Shown: piece by piece, positions 1 to 13,016 of the stretch
Numbering within the stretch: the first letter of the stretch is position 1
How the letters are laid out: the number at the start of each line of letters is the position of its first letter
Assembly: GCA_951406725.2 (NCBI GenBank)
Contig: OX597821.1
Coordinates: 25,792,001 to 25,856,000, forward strand
Direction of reading: 5' to 3'
Length of the DNA: 64,000 bases
Source of the DNA: Octopus vulgaris
Lineage: Eukaryota
Program-made: the position numbers and the translations under genes
The notes under the pieces: model-generated
Databases searched by the model: none
The model's input: the letters and a program-made list of their open reading frames with translations, nothing else
Told to the model about the DNA's origin: nothing

Positions 1-619
1 ACCTCTTGCTATTATAATTATTCAAAGGTGGATGAGAGTGGCAGGCATGATCCAAGTGAACGACATGCTCTGAGCATGTGTCTGTTAATTAGAGCGAGAT
101 AACTGGATGAAAGCTCTTATCTCAGTATTTAGGGTGACCGTGGTTTTGTAGGGTTTGCACGAGTAGCCCTCGAAGTTTTCTCTCTCTCCCTTCTCTTCCA
201 ACTGATGGAGAAATTCCTTTGAATTTTTTTCTCTTGTTTACACATTCTTTATATAAATTCCGCACTACATCATCTGTATTGCGGTAAGGTGGCGAGCTGA
301 CAGAATCGTTAGAGCTGTCACGAATAGTGTTTGGGTGTTTCATCAAATGCCATGGTAGCTGTTGAGCTAGTGAATGAAAACGTATTTCTCGGGCTGCGTG
401 AAGAAGTGATTGACAACAATCGCAAAGAATTAATAGAAGATTTTATTATTACACATAGAGTTTTAATTGTTGGTCTTTTACAAATAGCAATAATTACATG
501 CTAAGAGAGATGGAAAACCACGCCGCGTTAAAAGAAGTTGTTTATGAGATATTGTATGAATGTTTAATTCGGTCTGTCCAAGAAGCTGGTGATGTCTGTG
601 CAAATGTCCCGAGTAAATA

Positions 620-860
620 TGGAGGCGCATTCCGCCCAAACCGCCTTCAGCACCCTGCCTAGCGAGATGCGCGAGCCGTGTGATTGGGTCAGCAAGTCTC
701 AACACTCTGCCTGGAGTTTAGGCGCCAAAAGTGACTTTTATATAGGGCGCAGAGAGAAGATTCAAGAAAATTGAATCACGCTGTGGCTTGACGCTGATTG
801 GTTGTTTAATAGACCGATCACGTGAAACTCATGTGGTTTGCTCAGGATGTTTGACTGGCT
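620..860 (-). promoter_or_regulatory. Candidate Pol II core promoter firing leftwards
   Basis: Locally CpG-rich. On the minus strand, TATATAAAA (736-744) is preceded by CCAAT (797-801) and an E-box CACGTG (819-824). No downstream CDS was identified in the window. Confidence 0.35.
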
Positions 861-896
861 ACCTAGCTCGGATTCGAATCGCCGATACAGAGCTTC

Positions 897-1080
897 AGGC
901 AAAATGTCATCTGATATTTTCCCAGCTCTTTTCACGTTCTGATTTCAAATTCTACCGAAGTCACTTGTGCCTTTCATCCTTTCGGGGTCGATGAAATAAA
1001 GTACCGGTGAAGAACTTGGATCGATGATATCGGCTAAGACTTCCTTTCAAAATTGCTGGCCTTGTGCCTGACTCAGAAAC
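897..1080 (+). mobile_element. tRNA-derived SINE family A' (decayed)
   Basis: B-box-like gatttcaaattc, central gcctttcatcctttcggggtcgat, tail aaattgctggccttgtgcc shared with many copies. Confidence 0.75.
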
Positions 1081-3180
1081 GATTCTTTGATATCCTTTAG
1101 CTCCAGCCTCTTCATAAACGTTTTTTTTTTTAATTGGAAAAAGAGAAATAGGAAAATGTGATGTCCTTTTTTTTTTTTAGAAAAAAAAAAGGGAAGACAT
1201 TAGTGATATAAGAGAAGCTGTTTCAGCAGAGGTCGGGGCTGAGACCAGTTTTTCTTTGGGAACTAACGGCCTCAGCATTGCTTTTACTGCTGTTATTACT
1301 GATGATGAGATTGATGATAATGATGATGATGATATAAGAACAAGAACAGTTATGTATTTTCAACTAGGCGCATAGCAGTATAACCGTTTGATCTCAGTAA
1401 TAACAACCCCAGCGAGATTTGAACTCATACAACACGAGGCCACAATCCTCGAGAAGCAAGAGAAGGAAAGAAAAAGGGAGTATTCACATGGCTGCTGTTG
1501 TGTGAGAGAAAGAAGTGGCGGGGGGGGAGGAAAGTAAACCAGAAGAGCGGGAGACTGGTGGATAGGTGAGAGAAGACAGGTGAATGTAGGAAACGGTGAT
1601 GTGAGAGAGGGGAAGGAAGAGAAAGAGTGAAGAACATGGGGGAAGGAAAAAAAAAGGATGTGAGAAGGAGAAGAAGGGGTGGGGGGAGAGGTAATAAGGT
1701 AAGAAAGATTTAAAGCTGCGATGGAGCTCTAAATCGCAAGCACTGCCGCCTTCCTCCTCCTCCTCTTCTACCTCCTCCTACTCCTCACACATACGTACGC
1801 GCACACACGCACGCACACGCACGTACGCGCACACACGCACAAACCTCCGTTACACATGGAAAGTGGTTTATTTTCCTTCCTGATAAGTTCCAACTCCTTG
1901 CTAAATTCCACCAAATTTAACCAATCAACATTGAGTTTCAAACATTTTCCCGTTCTCTCTGCTACTTTCTTCTCTTTGTTTTCTACTATCGTCTTTTTTT
2001 TTTTTTTTTAATTATTTCATCCCCCCACCCACCGTTTCTCTCGTTCTCTCAGCCTGTACTGAGCAGCAAGAATGTTTTCCATTTCTCGTTATTCATTTAT
2101 ATTTCGCCTGTATTCTTCTCTCATTTCTATTTTTTCTACCTCTTTCATTCTCATCACAACAATTATTTCATTCTCTTATTTTGTTTTCATCTTTCTTCCT
2201 TCTGACACTTTTATCTTGCTTTTTTTTTTTGCTTTTTCATATCATTTAACTCTCGCATAATTTTCGTCCCTAATTCATTCTCTCATTCCTAATTCCCCGT
2301 CTCTTCTTTGCCGTCATCTCTCTTTCATCCCACAATTTCTGTATGAAATATCAGTCTTTCCACTACAAACACAACCGCTGCTCATCTATTTTATTCTTGT
2401 TAATATTGCATCTGTAAGAAATGAGTCGCAACACATCTTATCTACTTCAGTCTCATTTTTCATCATTTAATTTGTGTTCCCTTTCTTTAATTCTTTCTCG
2501 TCTTTCACCACATGTCTGTCTGTCCTTCCCTTGTCTTAACATTTTTCTCTTTTATAATTCAAATACATTCTATTTACATCATACGCGCATATCCATCCAT
2601 GCGTGTGTGTGTGTTTTATTTCAATCGAGTCAGTCTCTTGGTTCTCTGAGTTTCGCTTGTGGAACTTGCCTAATGACCCCTGTATACCCATAGGCAAAAC
2701 TCAAGAGTAGCAAGAAACTGACTGTACCCAAAATAAAACATGTTGTTAGTCTATATTATGATATTGAGTATTCTTGCTTCCGACAGTCGGATATGTATGT
2801 GTGTGTGTTGCATATCTTATTGCATTGTGCAGTTTTAACGTAAAAGAAAATTCATTCCAGTTGGGAAATTGAAACCAAGCCAGTGGTCTAGAAGTTATCG
2901 CTGGACCACCGCTTGATAGACGCACCCAGCAGTGTCCATCGGTGCACATGTATTTAAGTAAACCTACAGTCGAATCTTCTTCCAAAGTTGGTCTTTTAAA
3001 GATGCATAATTTTGTGGCTGTCAGACCCAGTTGCCCAGCGTATCATGATTTTATCTCCTTTAAATCATTTTTGACAAAAACTATAGTTCCACATCTTATC
3101 TATGAAGATTCATTATCCTTCACTAGAAATTCTACTTCCGAGCAGTTTTCTCTAAGTTCCTGTAATATTTTACTCTTTAT

Positions 3181-3524
3181 TTTCATGATTGAACTGCGGT
3201 CATGATGAGGCATTAAAGAGTTTAGTCAAACAAATCGATCCCAGCACTTTATTTCTTTTTTGTAAGCCCGGTACATATTCTACCGGTCTTTTTTTTTTAC
3301 CAAACCGCTAAGTTATGGGAATGTAAGCAATGGTGGATGACATACACAAATTTATATCCGACAGTTTTCTTTTCGGTTTCTGCTTGGCAAACCCACTGAC
3401 AAGGCTTTTGGTCCGCCCATAGCTATAGTAGAAAATACTTGACCAAGGTGCCATGTGGTAGGACTGAACCCGGAACTATGTGGTTGGGAAGCGAACTTCT
3501 TATCACACAACCACGCCTGCACCT
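3181..3524 (-). mobile_element. SINE family B (tRNA head plus CORE-like domain)
   Basis: Reverse complement matches the full copy at 32852-33249. Confidence 0.75.
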
Positions 3525-3568
3525 AACTATTTGAATTATCCACTTGACATTATAATGATTTTATATTC

Positions 3569-4252
3569 TGATCTAGAACAACCCAGAGGGGGAAATATTT
3601 GTCACCAGCTATATAAATTCACAGGTTTTCGGCCTGCAACTAGTTTGATAAGAGCCAACTCTCGGACCTTGAATCACTTTGTTACTTTTGCTAAATATTA
3701 ATAAAAATACACATATACTCATGTTTTGAGTTCTGTTTTCCCTGTTTGCATCAACATACCTGTACATCCATCCATCCATACGTACATGCATGCATGTATG
3801 TATGTATGCGATAGGACGACATTGTCCAGTATACTTTTTCTTTAAGATAGTAAAGAGTGAAATTGCTGGAAATTTGCAATTTAGCTGCTATTTCTAATAG
3901 GTTGAGCAACTGCGTAATGATCTCTTGTTAAGCTCGAAGTAAACGTTACTATTTTTAAGCTCTAGATCAGCCCTGATTGAACGGAATTGATCTTCGGCTT
4001 AAAAACATGATGCAAGACGTCCCAGCTATGGCGGAGCCGTCTTTTTGTATATCAGGAACTATACTATACAAAATTGATCTAGAACAACCCACAGGGGAAA
4101 ATATCTGTCACCAGTTATATAAATTCACAGGTTTTCGAACTGCAAACTAGTTTGTTAAGTGCCAACTCTTGGACTTCGAGTCATTCTTACTTCTGCTAAA
4201 TATTAATAAAAATACACATATACTCATATTTTGAGTTCTATTTTTTCGGTTG
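3569..4252 (+). repeat. About 180-bp direct repeat pair (3569-3748 and 4075-4252)
   Basis: Both copies start tgatctagaacaaccca and share tatataaattcacaggttttcg and gctaaatattaataaaaatacacatatactcat. Confidence 0.9.
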
Positions 4253-4489
4253 ACCATGTAGAAAATCCCTTGTCGAATACGAAGACCTGCTGACTGACAT
4301 TTATTGAGTCGCCTTTCAGGATGGAAAATGTTTAGTAACAAGACGATACCGTTGTCTGCCAGAGAATCTCTGTATCTGTCTGTCTCCCAACTTCTTTCTT
4401 TCAATTTCAATTACATTCTTTCAGAGAAAGAGTTGGTGCAAGACGCGGTATAAAGTATCTGATCTACCTGTGTATTATTTCATTGTAGG

Positions 4490-4696
4490 AAGGCAGCGAG
4501 CTGGCAGAATCGTTAGCGTGTCGGAAATAAAATGCTTAGCCGGCATTTCTTTCAGCTGTTGACGTTCTGAGTTCAAATTTCACCAAGATCATCTTTGCTT
4601 TCATCGATACAATTGGTATCAGTGAAGCATTGCGGTTGATGTAATCGTCTTACTCGCTCCCCTAAAATTGCTCGCCTCATACGAAAACTTGAAACA
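4490..4696 (+). mobile_element. SINE family A' with a TSD of about 16 bp
   Basis: Head aaggcagcgagctggcagaatcgttagc, B box gagttcaaattt; flanks attatttcattgtagga / attatttcaatggaaga. Confidence 0.8.
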
Positions 4697-6349
4697 ATTA
4701 TTTCAATGGAAGAAGCGGTTATGAGTTATTGGAGGGTATGAAAGATGCTGAGAAGAACTGGAAGTATCTTGATCGCATACATTGATATACTTACATACGT
4801 TCCATTGTAACAAGGATTCTCTAACCCATATTTCCTGTATCACTGTCTTTACGCGACAGAAATTCCTTTTGATTATAGATTTGTTTGTTCAGAAGACGGT
4901 GGCAACAATAACACACACTCCATACTAACATCTCATTTTATGAACATCCTTCGTACTCCATATATTGTTTTACCCTTCCTTATATATTATCTCATAATCG
5001 CTATAACTTTGACTACTCGTTCAGATGTTCAGTAATTCTCTCAGCACTCACGAACAACATACAGCTAAGGAAATAGTTGTTACTTTTTAAATAAACGCTC
5101 AACATTACAAACACACCAATAAATAATATCCGTGTGCCTTCAAAAATATTTTGAAAATATACGGACATTGACGAGGCAGACTTTGCTATATACACCTACA
5201 CACACTCACCACAAACTTCGATTTCTGTACCTGGGTCTCAACTACTGCCCATAATTCCGCACAACTTTCATGAAAAGAGGCGCTTCGGTACCTTTAGTAG
5301 CCTAGAATGTTGCAAGCATTCTGTCACATCTTCATCTTTCCGTCATATATCACCTTCCACCCCACTTAAGGGGAAGGCTGTCCGTAATCCTCTGACAAGG
5401 TTTATTTTATCATTAGTGTTTCTAATTTAAGTAATAAATTTGGGAAAACGAGGTCAGACAATTACATCGACCCAATACTTGACCGGCATGTTATTTTACA
5501 GATCCTGGTGAGATGAAAGGTAAAGCTGACCTTATCAAGACTTGAACTTAGAATATAAAGAGCTGGAAGTAACCGAGAGTCATTTTGCCCGACTTTTTAA
5601 CGATTTTACCAATCCACCATCCATTAAAATATCATAATGGCACGCATGTACCAAAAAAGATTACCCAAGAAAAGCTGGATTTGTTTTCAGAACTAGAAAA
5701 CCAGTCTTCAACAGCAGTGACATTACAGTCTACAAAAGTATAAACACGTTATATACAGGAGAACCACTAAATATTTCTCGTGTAACGGGACCAATTATTC
5801 TGTCAAAAGTACATGTTCAAGCCATCTACCTGATCTTTCTACCATCACAAACACAAGGCCTTACATTGGTCTCTTTGGCCAATAAAGGAACGGTTGTATG
5901 GTTGTTTGATCTGTTAGAAATAGCAGTCCATACCTCATTCAACTTACATCCGACCAACTTGGAAAACGAGAGTTATGTTTGAATAAACAATGCCCGAAAA
6001 CGGAACAGGATGGCCATGGTTTGAGAGTCTATACTTATATCAGCGACCTTACTCTATCACTCGGTTCTTCTTCCCAACTCATTAAACAGAAAATGGTTTT
6101 AAATTAAGAAGGGCACAAAGAAAATGACAGAATATAAAGTGATTGGTGTGGTGTTATTTCGCTCCGAGTCAACCCTTTACTGATGGTTGGAATAACGACG
6201 CCCGGAGCTAAATAACAACACCACACCAACCAATACTTTATACTAACTTAACCATTACACACCACTCAACACATCAACTCAATATGCCGCATCACTCAAC
6301 ACTTTACAAGCCATCACCATGCACCACTCACTAAAGTACTTTCATTCCT

Positions 6350-7650
6350 CAACTGTAGAGAAACTACACATTCTCACAACATTCTTTCCATCTCCCTCTT
6401 CTCCATTTTCATCCTCTATCTTTCTTACGCTTTCTTTCTATCTAATTTTATCTTCCTTTCTCTCCACTTCTCTACTGTAACTCACTCTCTTTCTCCTCCA
6501 CTCGTTATTATATGTCCTTTTCTCCTCTCTCTTCTCTCATACCATTTTTATTTCTCTCATTCTGATTCACTTTTACTCTTTCCTCCTCCCTTGTACGTGT
6601 TTTTTGTTTTTTTTTTGCTCTTCCATCATTCATACTTCCTCCCGCCGCAAACTTCACCTCTTACTCTCCTCCTCCTCCCTCTCTAGTTTTACTATCTCTT
6701 TATCACTCCTCTACCTTCTTAATCAATACGTCTCTCTACTCTTTACATCTGTCTTCTCCATTGATTTCCTTCCAATCTGCTGCCTTTTTCTTCCCCCTAC
6801 GCTCTCCTCCCACCCCTGGCTCTCCCCCTCTCACCAGCCTCCTTCCTCCACATTGTTCTATCTCCCCTTCACTCAACCTCTATATTCAGCTACCACCTCT
6901 TTCCTCCGTAATCATTCACCACTTTCTCTTTCTCTCCTCCTCCTCCCTCTGTTTTCCACATCTCCATTCCTTCTTCTTTACTTCCCCACTGCCGTAACAC
7001 TTTATTTCTGGAATTAGTTTCAATTTTATTTTTGTTTTCATAATTTTGCACAGCCTCAATACGTATGAGAACGGCATGAACGACACCACATCATCCTACA
7101 TATCAAACCATTCTTTTCTTCCAGTTTGATCTGTAATAGTTTTAACTTCCCTGATCGGACGAGAACCACCTTCTCCCCTCTTTTTTTACACTCACCCTAT
7201 CCTATTTATTTCATTCCTTTCCTCCACATTTTCGTCCTTTTTTCTGTCTTTAATCTAGCTTGCATTTCCTCTCCCTCTTAAGTCATTCTCTTACTCTCTC
7301 TCTCTCTCCTCCTTGTTTTATTCCCCCTCCCCATTAATACCACTCCTCCACTCGAATACCCTTCTTGCTGCCCCTCAAATTGTTCTGAGTCTTCTTTACG
7401 TCTATCCCCTCCCCCTCTTATACTCTTTCCTATCACTATCTTCCTCTAGTTCTTTACTCACACCTACACCTCTCTTATTTTCTTTCCCCCTCACTCATCT
7501 TTATACATTTCGTCTATATCTCCCTCTCTCAGTTCTCTTACCCTTTCTTTTCTCCTTTTCAATTCTGTTCAATCAGTCTTTATTACTCCCCCCTCTGTTT
7601 CCTCTCTCTCCTCCTCTCGCCACTCAGTATTACCCTTCTCAGTGCCCCTG
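6350..7650. repeat. Pyrimidine-rich low-complexity tract (similar tracts at about 1930-2560, 8700-9320, 16340-16600, 17100-17650)
   Basis: C/T-rich simple sequence; its ORFs are Ser/Leu/Phe/Pro-biased artefacts. Confidence 0.85.
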
Positions 7651-8208
7651 TACCCTCAATGTACCCGACGTCGTGCTGTTTCCTATATACCCCACGCTGT
7701 GCTTACAAACCCACCCCACCTCTACTCGAATACGCTACAACAGTTCTGGGGTTACATCGTAACTGCTGTAATGGTGGTGACGGCAGTGTAGTAGTAATAG
7801 TAGTAGCAGTAGAAGTGCTAGTGCTGGTGTTGGTGGTGCAGCAGCATGAACAGTGATTGTGGTGTTGGTAGTAGATTTTATACTTTTGTTGCAGCTACTG
7901 TTGTTTATGACTTCGTCAATTGGCGACGGTGGTCGTAGTAGTAGCAGTAGTAAAGCGATGGTGGCGACGGCAGTTATAATAGTAGTGGTGGTGGTGGTGG
8001 TAATGGTGTCGGTGGTAGTAGCAACAGTAGTGGATTCAGTCGCTGATTTTTCAGTTACTGTTTGTCTATATCATAAACGTCTTTATAAGCTGTAATAGTA
8101 GTATTAGTACTAGTAGTAGTAGTACGTAGCCATGTAGCGGTTGTGATGTGTGGCGATGGTGGTGGTGATGATTACTGCTGCGTTTAGACTAGATTAGTAA
8201 TAGTTGGA

Positions 8209-8245
<37 letters not shown>

Positions 8246-10380
8246 TTTATGGTTGGTGCTGTTTATGTTGTAGTAGCGATAGTGGTGGTGGTGATGGTCA
8301 AGCATGTATATTTGTTACTACAGTAAATTGCTTTCTTCTCCACTCTGGAGTAAGGTCTCTACCTACCCGGAGTAACCTCTTTCTCTCTCTCTCTCCCCAC
8401 TCCGGGGTAACACATCACTCACGAAGAGCAAAAGAGGAAACTTCAACGTGTTCACTCGAGCCGATGAGAAATACCCAAATCTTTCTCTTACCATACTCCC
8501 TAACATCTAAAATAAAAAAGGTACATGTCGAATAATATAGTCCTGAAGTACACTGTGAATCAAAAAAAAAAATATGCCTTTGATTATAAGTCTGCTTAAT
8601 CAAGGCTCACCTGAATTTAAACTCTCTCTTTCTCTCCAAAGAGAGTAACACATTTCAGCTTTTCGTTCTACCCAGAGTAATACGTCTCATACACTCACGC
8701 TTTCTTTTTCTTTCCACAAACTGTCTTTTCTCACCCGGAGTATCGCATCTTTCACTCTCCCTTTCTCACTAGTAACTCATCATCATCATCATCGTCGTCG
8801 TCATACTCAACATCCATCCCTTCCCCACTGCCAGCATATCACTCAATATTCTTTACTCCTACCACCTCTAGTGTAGTATACTACTACTACTACTGTAGCT
8901 GTACTACATCTAATACTACTGATTTCTCCTCATACCTCAACCACATCAAGCTAACACTCTCACTTTCACTCTTTACTCATATTCCTCCCCCCCCGCCTCG
9001 CATCACCTCTAGCCAACACACAATATTTCCTCACTCAAATACTCTTTTTTTTCTTTCTTTATTCTCTCTCATACTACTGCTCTCTCTTTCTCCTATTCAT
9101 TTCCCCACTCTCACTACAACTGCTCCTTCCGTAACACTTATTCAGCCACCATGCTACATCTCTGAAATTCCACCCCCACCCAGCCAGCCATCCACCATCC
9201 CTACCATACCGATATTTCTCCCACCGCAACTTCCCTCATATGTTCCTCTCTACACTCACTTTTACTCTCCCCACTTTCACTCCTTACTCTCATCACTCCA
9301 TAACTACCCCCCCCCTTCAGAAGCAACAGTAGAGGTGAGATAGGGGTACACTAGAGGGAGTTCAATGTTAATTGTTTCAAAGTTTGCTAATGTTCAGTCA
9401 CTACTTCTTTCCATATTGACTTAGATAGTCGTTTCTTGTTTGTTGTACCTTTCTTCCGAGTTCAAATCTTGTCCAAGCAGAATTTTTTTTTTGTACATCT
9501 TAAGCAAGGATTATAAAATAGCAACTACCAATATTGGTGGACCTCTGAGTTTATCAATCGTACTCCCTAACTTTCTACTTGGTTAATAGCGACACTGGCT
9601 TCTTTCTACTAGTGTTGCTGGTTACTTTCTACAAGTTTCAAAAATCCCTATTTGTAGTTGTATATAGTTTAATGTGACTTCCAAATTTTAGTTCAGCGCC
9701 AATTTTTAGTGGTGCTGGTGGTGGCTATAGCTTTGTTATGCTCGTGGTAGTCATGATTTAATTTTTTTTTTTATAGGTAAAGCTCATTTTATTAATTTTC
9801 TCACTATAAGTATGTCAGCTTTTATAACAGCAAATTCATTTAGTTGTAGCTGTGGTTATTTGTTGTGATGCTCTTTCAGAATCCCTTATGAAAGGGTGAC
9901 TGAATGGTAACTGGACCTAGTTTCGTTCTCTTGTTCAGCGTATGATGTCATACCTGGAAGAATTAATCACATACGCACACATTTATGCATTTTTCACCTT
10001 TTACTTATTTCAGTCATTCGAACTGCAACCATGCTGGGGTATCACACACACACATAATGAGTTTAAAGGGATATAATATCCTGATGGTACCGTCTTTTCT
10101 CTCAAATCGGTTTCAGATGCCCGCTAACCACAACGATCCGTATGTAGTACTCGAGCTAACAATGGGTTGTTAGGCCCTGGTCACTTCTCTCATTGGGTAA
10201 TTTTGTGTCTTGTTCCGGACTGCGATTATTATATGGACTTCATTTGCTTACTGCTGTTTCCAATGTAAGATGCGGTGGAGTGCCTGAGTAACACCTTACA
10301 GTTTTATCAGCCCCACGGTCGAGACTGTAAAGGTGTAATATTGCAGTAATGTAAAAGAAAAAAATCTTTATAACTATTAA

Positions 10381-10599
10381 CCCTTTCGTTACTGTATTTA
10401 TTTTGAGATGCTCTGTGTTTCTTTCAACTATTTTAAATATAACAAAGAGTTTAGTAAAATAACTTAATTATCATTAATCTAGTGTTAGGAACGTAAATTG
10501 TGACTAGGGCTTGGTGGAATATTTAATTCAAAACTTATGAAAACAAGACATTTTACCACAGAGCCAGAGCCGGTTTTGGCCGGGTTAGTAACAAAAGGG
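10381..10599 (+). mobile_element. piggyBac-like MITE
   Basis: TTAA|CCCTTTCGTTAC ... GTAACAAAAGGG; homologous to 60534-60754. Confidence 0.8.
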
Positions 10600-11090
10600 T
10601 TCGTATTGCTGTTGATTGGGTTCTCGAAACTACTCGTGCCGTATTCCATTTAATATTTTATTTTCAGCTTGTCTTCCTTCAACTGCCAGCATTTTTGCTT
10701 CCTTTGGCAAAATAAACAGTTAATATGAAGGCAGTGTAAAGGAAAGCTGTCACCCGATATAAGAGAACTTTGTATGCCCGATCTGCTAGAAATAGTAACC
10801 AATTTTCTCTTAAATTACACCCGACTATCTTCAACATTGAAGGATGCCTCAAACAAAAACGAGAGAGCCTCGACATGGTCAGGTGAACTGTTAGAAATAG
10901 CAGTCAGATTTCCCTCAGATTACATTCCGTTTGGAAAAAGAGAAGTTAATCGTATAGACGTATGAGTAATATATATATGAATGTAACATCAGCATTCTTT
11001 CGGTTAGTGATCACGAATTGAGAGGGGAAATATCACCTCTTAAAATTTTCGTGGACTTCTACGTTTTCAGCAACGGAGATCACGATCTTG

Positions 11091-11501
11091 GGATCTTTTC
11101 GGTTTGAACGGCAGTTTTTTAAAATAATTTCCACGTAACTAAACACTTTTAAACTTCGTATACTGGTAGAATGTGTTTATAAAACATCTTTTTCTCTTGG
11201 CTTTATTGAGAAAATTCTAGTGTTTGTAAGATATTTGTTGTTTTTTCTTCAATTTCTGCAATTTCAACCAATCAATGACCGTCTATTGAGGTGAAAACAT
11301 TCTGTGCCGTATGAATATGTCCCTCGTTTAAGAAACAGATTGGGTTTATTTACATTTGTGAAGAAAAAAAAGATACCCTTCCCCCTACCCCTAACCCTAA
11401 AACAGATTGAAATGCAATAGATCGATACTAGGGTCATAATTATGGGTGACAATTTCATATGACACCGTTAGAAAAAACTGCCGTTCAAACCGAAAAGATC
11501 C
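11091..11501 (+). mobile_element. About 410-bp MITE family M, copy 1 (Merlin-like or MULE-like)
   Basis: TIR GGATCTTTTCGGTTTGAACGGCAGTTTTT; 8-bp TSD cgatcttg/caatcttg. Confidence 0.9.
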
Positions 11502-12039
11502 CAATCTTGCTTTAAAAAAAATTATTTTTCAAATAGTTAATTCCCTTTCGAATCAAATTTTTTTTAAAAAGTAATTTCAGTGGTGAGTGCTTTTCACTTT
11601 GAAATTGTAATCTTAAACCGAAAGAATACAGTGTGTGTGTCTGTGTGTAGACAAAGTACATGTGTAACAACATTGGAAGTAGTCCTCAGTATCGTTGGAA
11701 ACAGGACTAAATTTATTAAATGACTCAAGCATGGAACACTTGCAATCAGGACTCTGAGTTTCTCGATAACACTTTAAATTCCTGTCGTTCTTATCTATAT
11801 TAGTGACGGGAGCCCCATATATAGACAATCCAAGCGCCAACACCACGTGGCCTCTCTCGCTGGGAATGTTCCCCCTTTTTCTTCTTCCTTTTCCAGTGTC
11901 CTCTGGTCTTTCCTCGTCTTTACCAACAATCTGAGAAGGACATTATCTGAATCTTTATAGCCATTAATTCGTTTCCTTCTCTCGCGTGTCAAACTAATAT
12001 CATTGCTTGTCAACTTATCTCGTCTTATACTTTTATACT

Positions 12040-12330
12040 TCACTTGTTTCAGCCATGCTGGGGTACCACCGTGAAGGGTTTTGTCGAATAAATCAACCTC
12101 AGTACTTATCTTTTCAGTGTGGTTCTTATTGGTTCTTTTTTGTCTTTTTTTCTATTGCCTGTTGAGTCATGTGGACGTTAACCAACATGGTTGCTAAGTG
12201 ATGTGGGGAACACACACACACACGGACGGGCTCCCAGTTTCGTCTTCTAAATTCTCACACAAGGCAATCAGTGATCGGTCCAAAGGTAAAGCAGAAAACG
12301 CTTGCTCAAGGTACCACGCAGTGAGCAAGC
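12040..12330 (-). mobile_element. SINE family B (decayed)
   Basis: Tail acttgtttcagccatgctggggtaccacc and internal segments match family B. Confidence 0.6.
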
Positions 12331-12602
12331 CCTTCCTACTATAAGCCTGAGTTGACCAATTCCTTGGGTGAATTCAGTTGACAAACTGTGGGAACCTATG
12401 TTGATGTATTTTTTTTGTTCATCCCCCCACCCATTATAACACAATCCGCCGTATCCTTCGGTCTTCCGGACGGTAGGACATAATTTGAATGAGATATGGC
12501 GACTGTGTGTAGCAGTTCAAGCAACTACACAGAAGCTCGCTCCCTCGTTGGACCATGTTGGAATTATAATGTTCAGAAGGAAACTGGGCGGAGAAAATGT
12601 TT

Positions 12603-13016
12603 GGATATTTTCGGTTTGAACGGCAGTTTTTAACATAATTTCCACGTAACTAAACACTTTTAAACTTCGTACACTGGTAGAATGTGTTTATAAAGCATCT
12701 TTTTCTCTTGGGTTTATTGAGAAAATTCTAGTGTTTGTAGATATTTGTTGTTGTTTTTCTTCAATTTCTGCAATTTCCACCTATCACTGACGTCTATTGA
12801 GGTAAAAAAAAACATTCGGTGCCGTATGAATATGTCCCTCGTTTAAGAAACAGATTGGGTTTATTTACATTTGTGAAGAAAAAAAGATACCCTTCCCCCT
12901 ACCCCTAACACTAAAACAGATTGAAATGCAATAGATCGATATTAGGGTCATAATTATGGGTGACAATTTCATATGACACCGCTAGAAAAAAACTGCCGTT
13001 CAAACCGAAAAGATCC
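12603..13016 (+). mobile_element. MITE family M, copy 2
   Basis: Same TIRs; perfect TSD AAATGTTT. Confidence 0.95.

Noticed and set aside
3-82. Possible minus-strand exon (TCSEHVVHLDHACHSHPPLNNYNSKR)
   Set aside because: Weak acceptor, donor cut off by the window edge, no recognisable homology
318-353. Strong-Kozak ATG on the minus strand downstream of the candidate promoter
   Set aside because: Stops after 11 codons, runs into a SINE head fragment, and has no good splice donor
782-801. ERSE-like CCAAT-N-CCAC element
   Set aside because: The spacer is 10 nt, not the required 9
7770-8300. Val-rich hydrophobic ORFs
   Set aside because: (GTA)n/(GTG)n simple repeats
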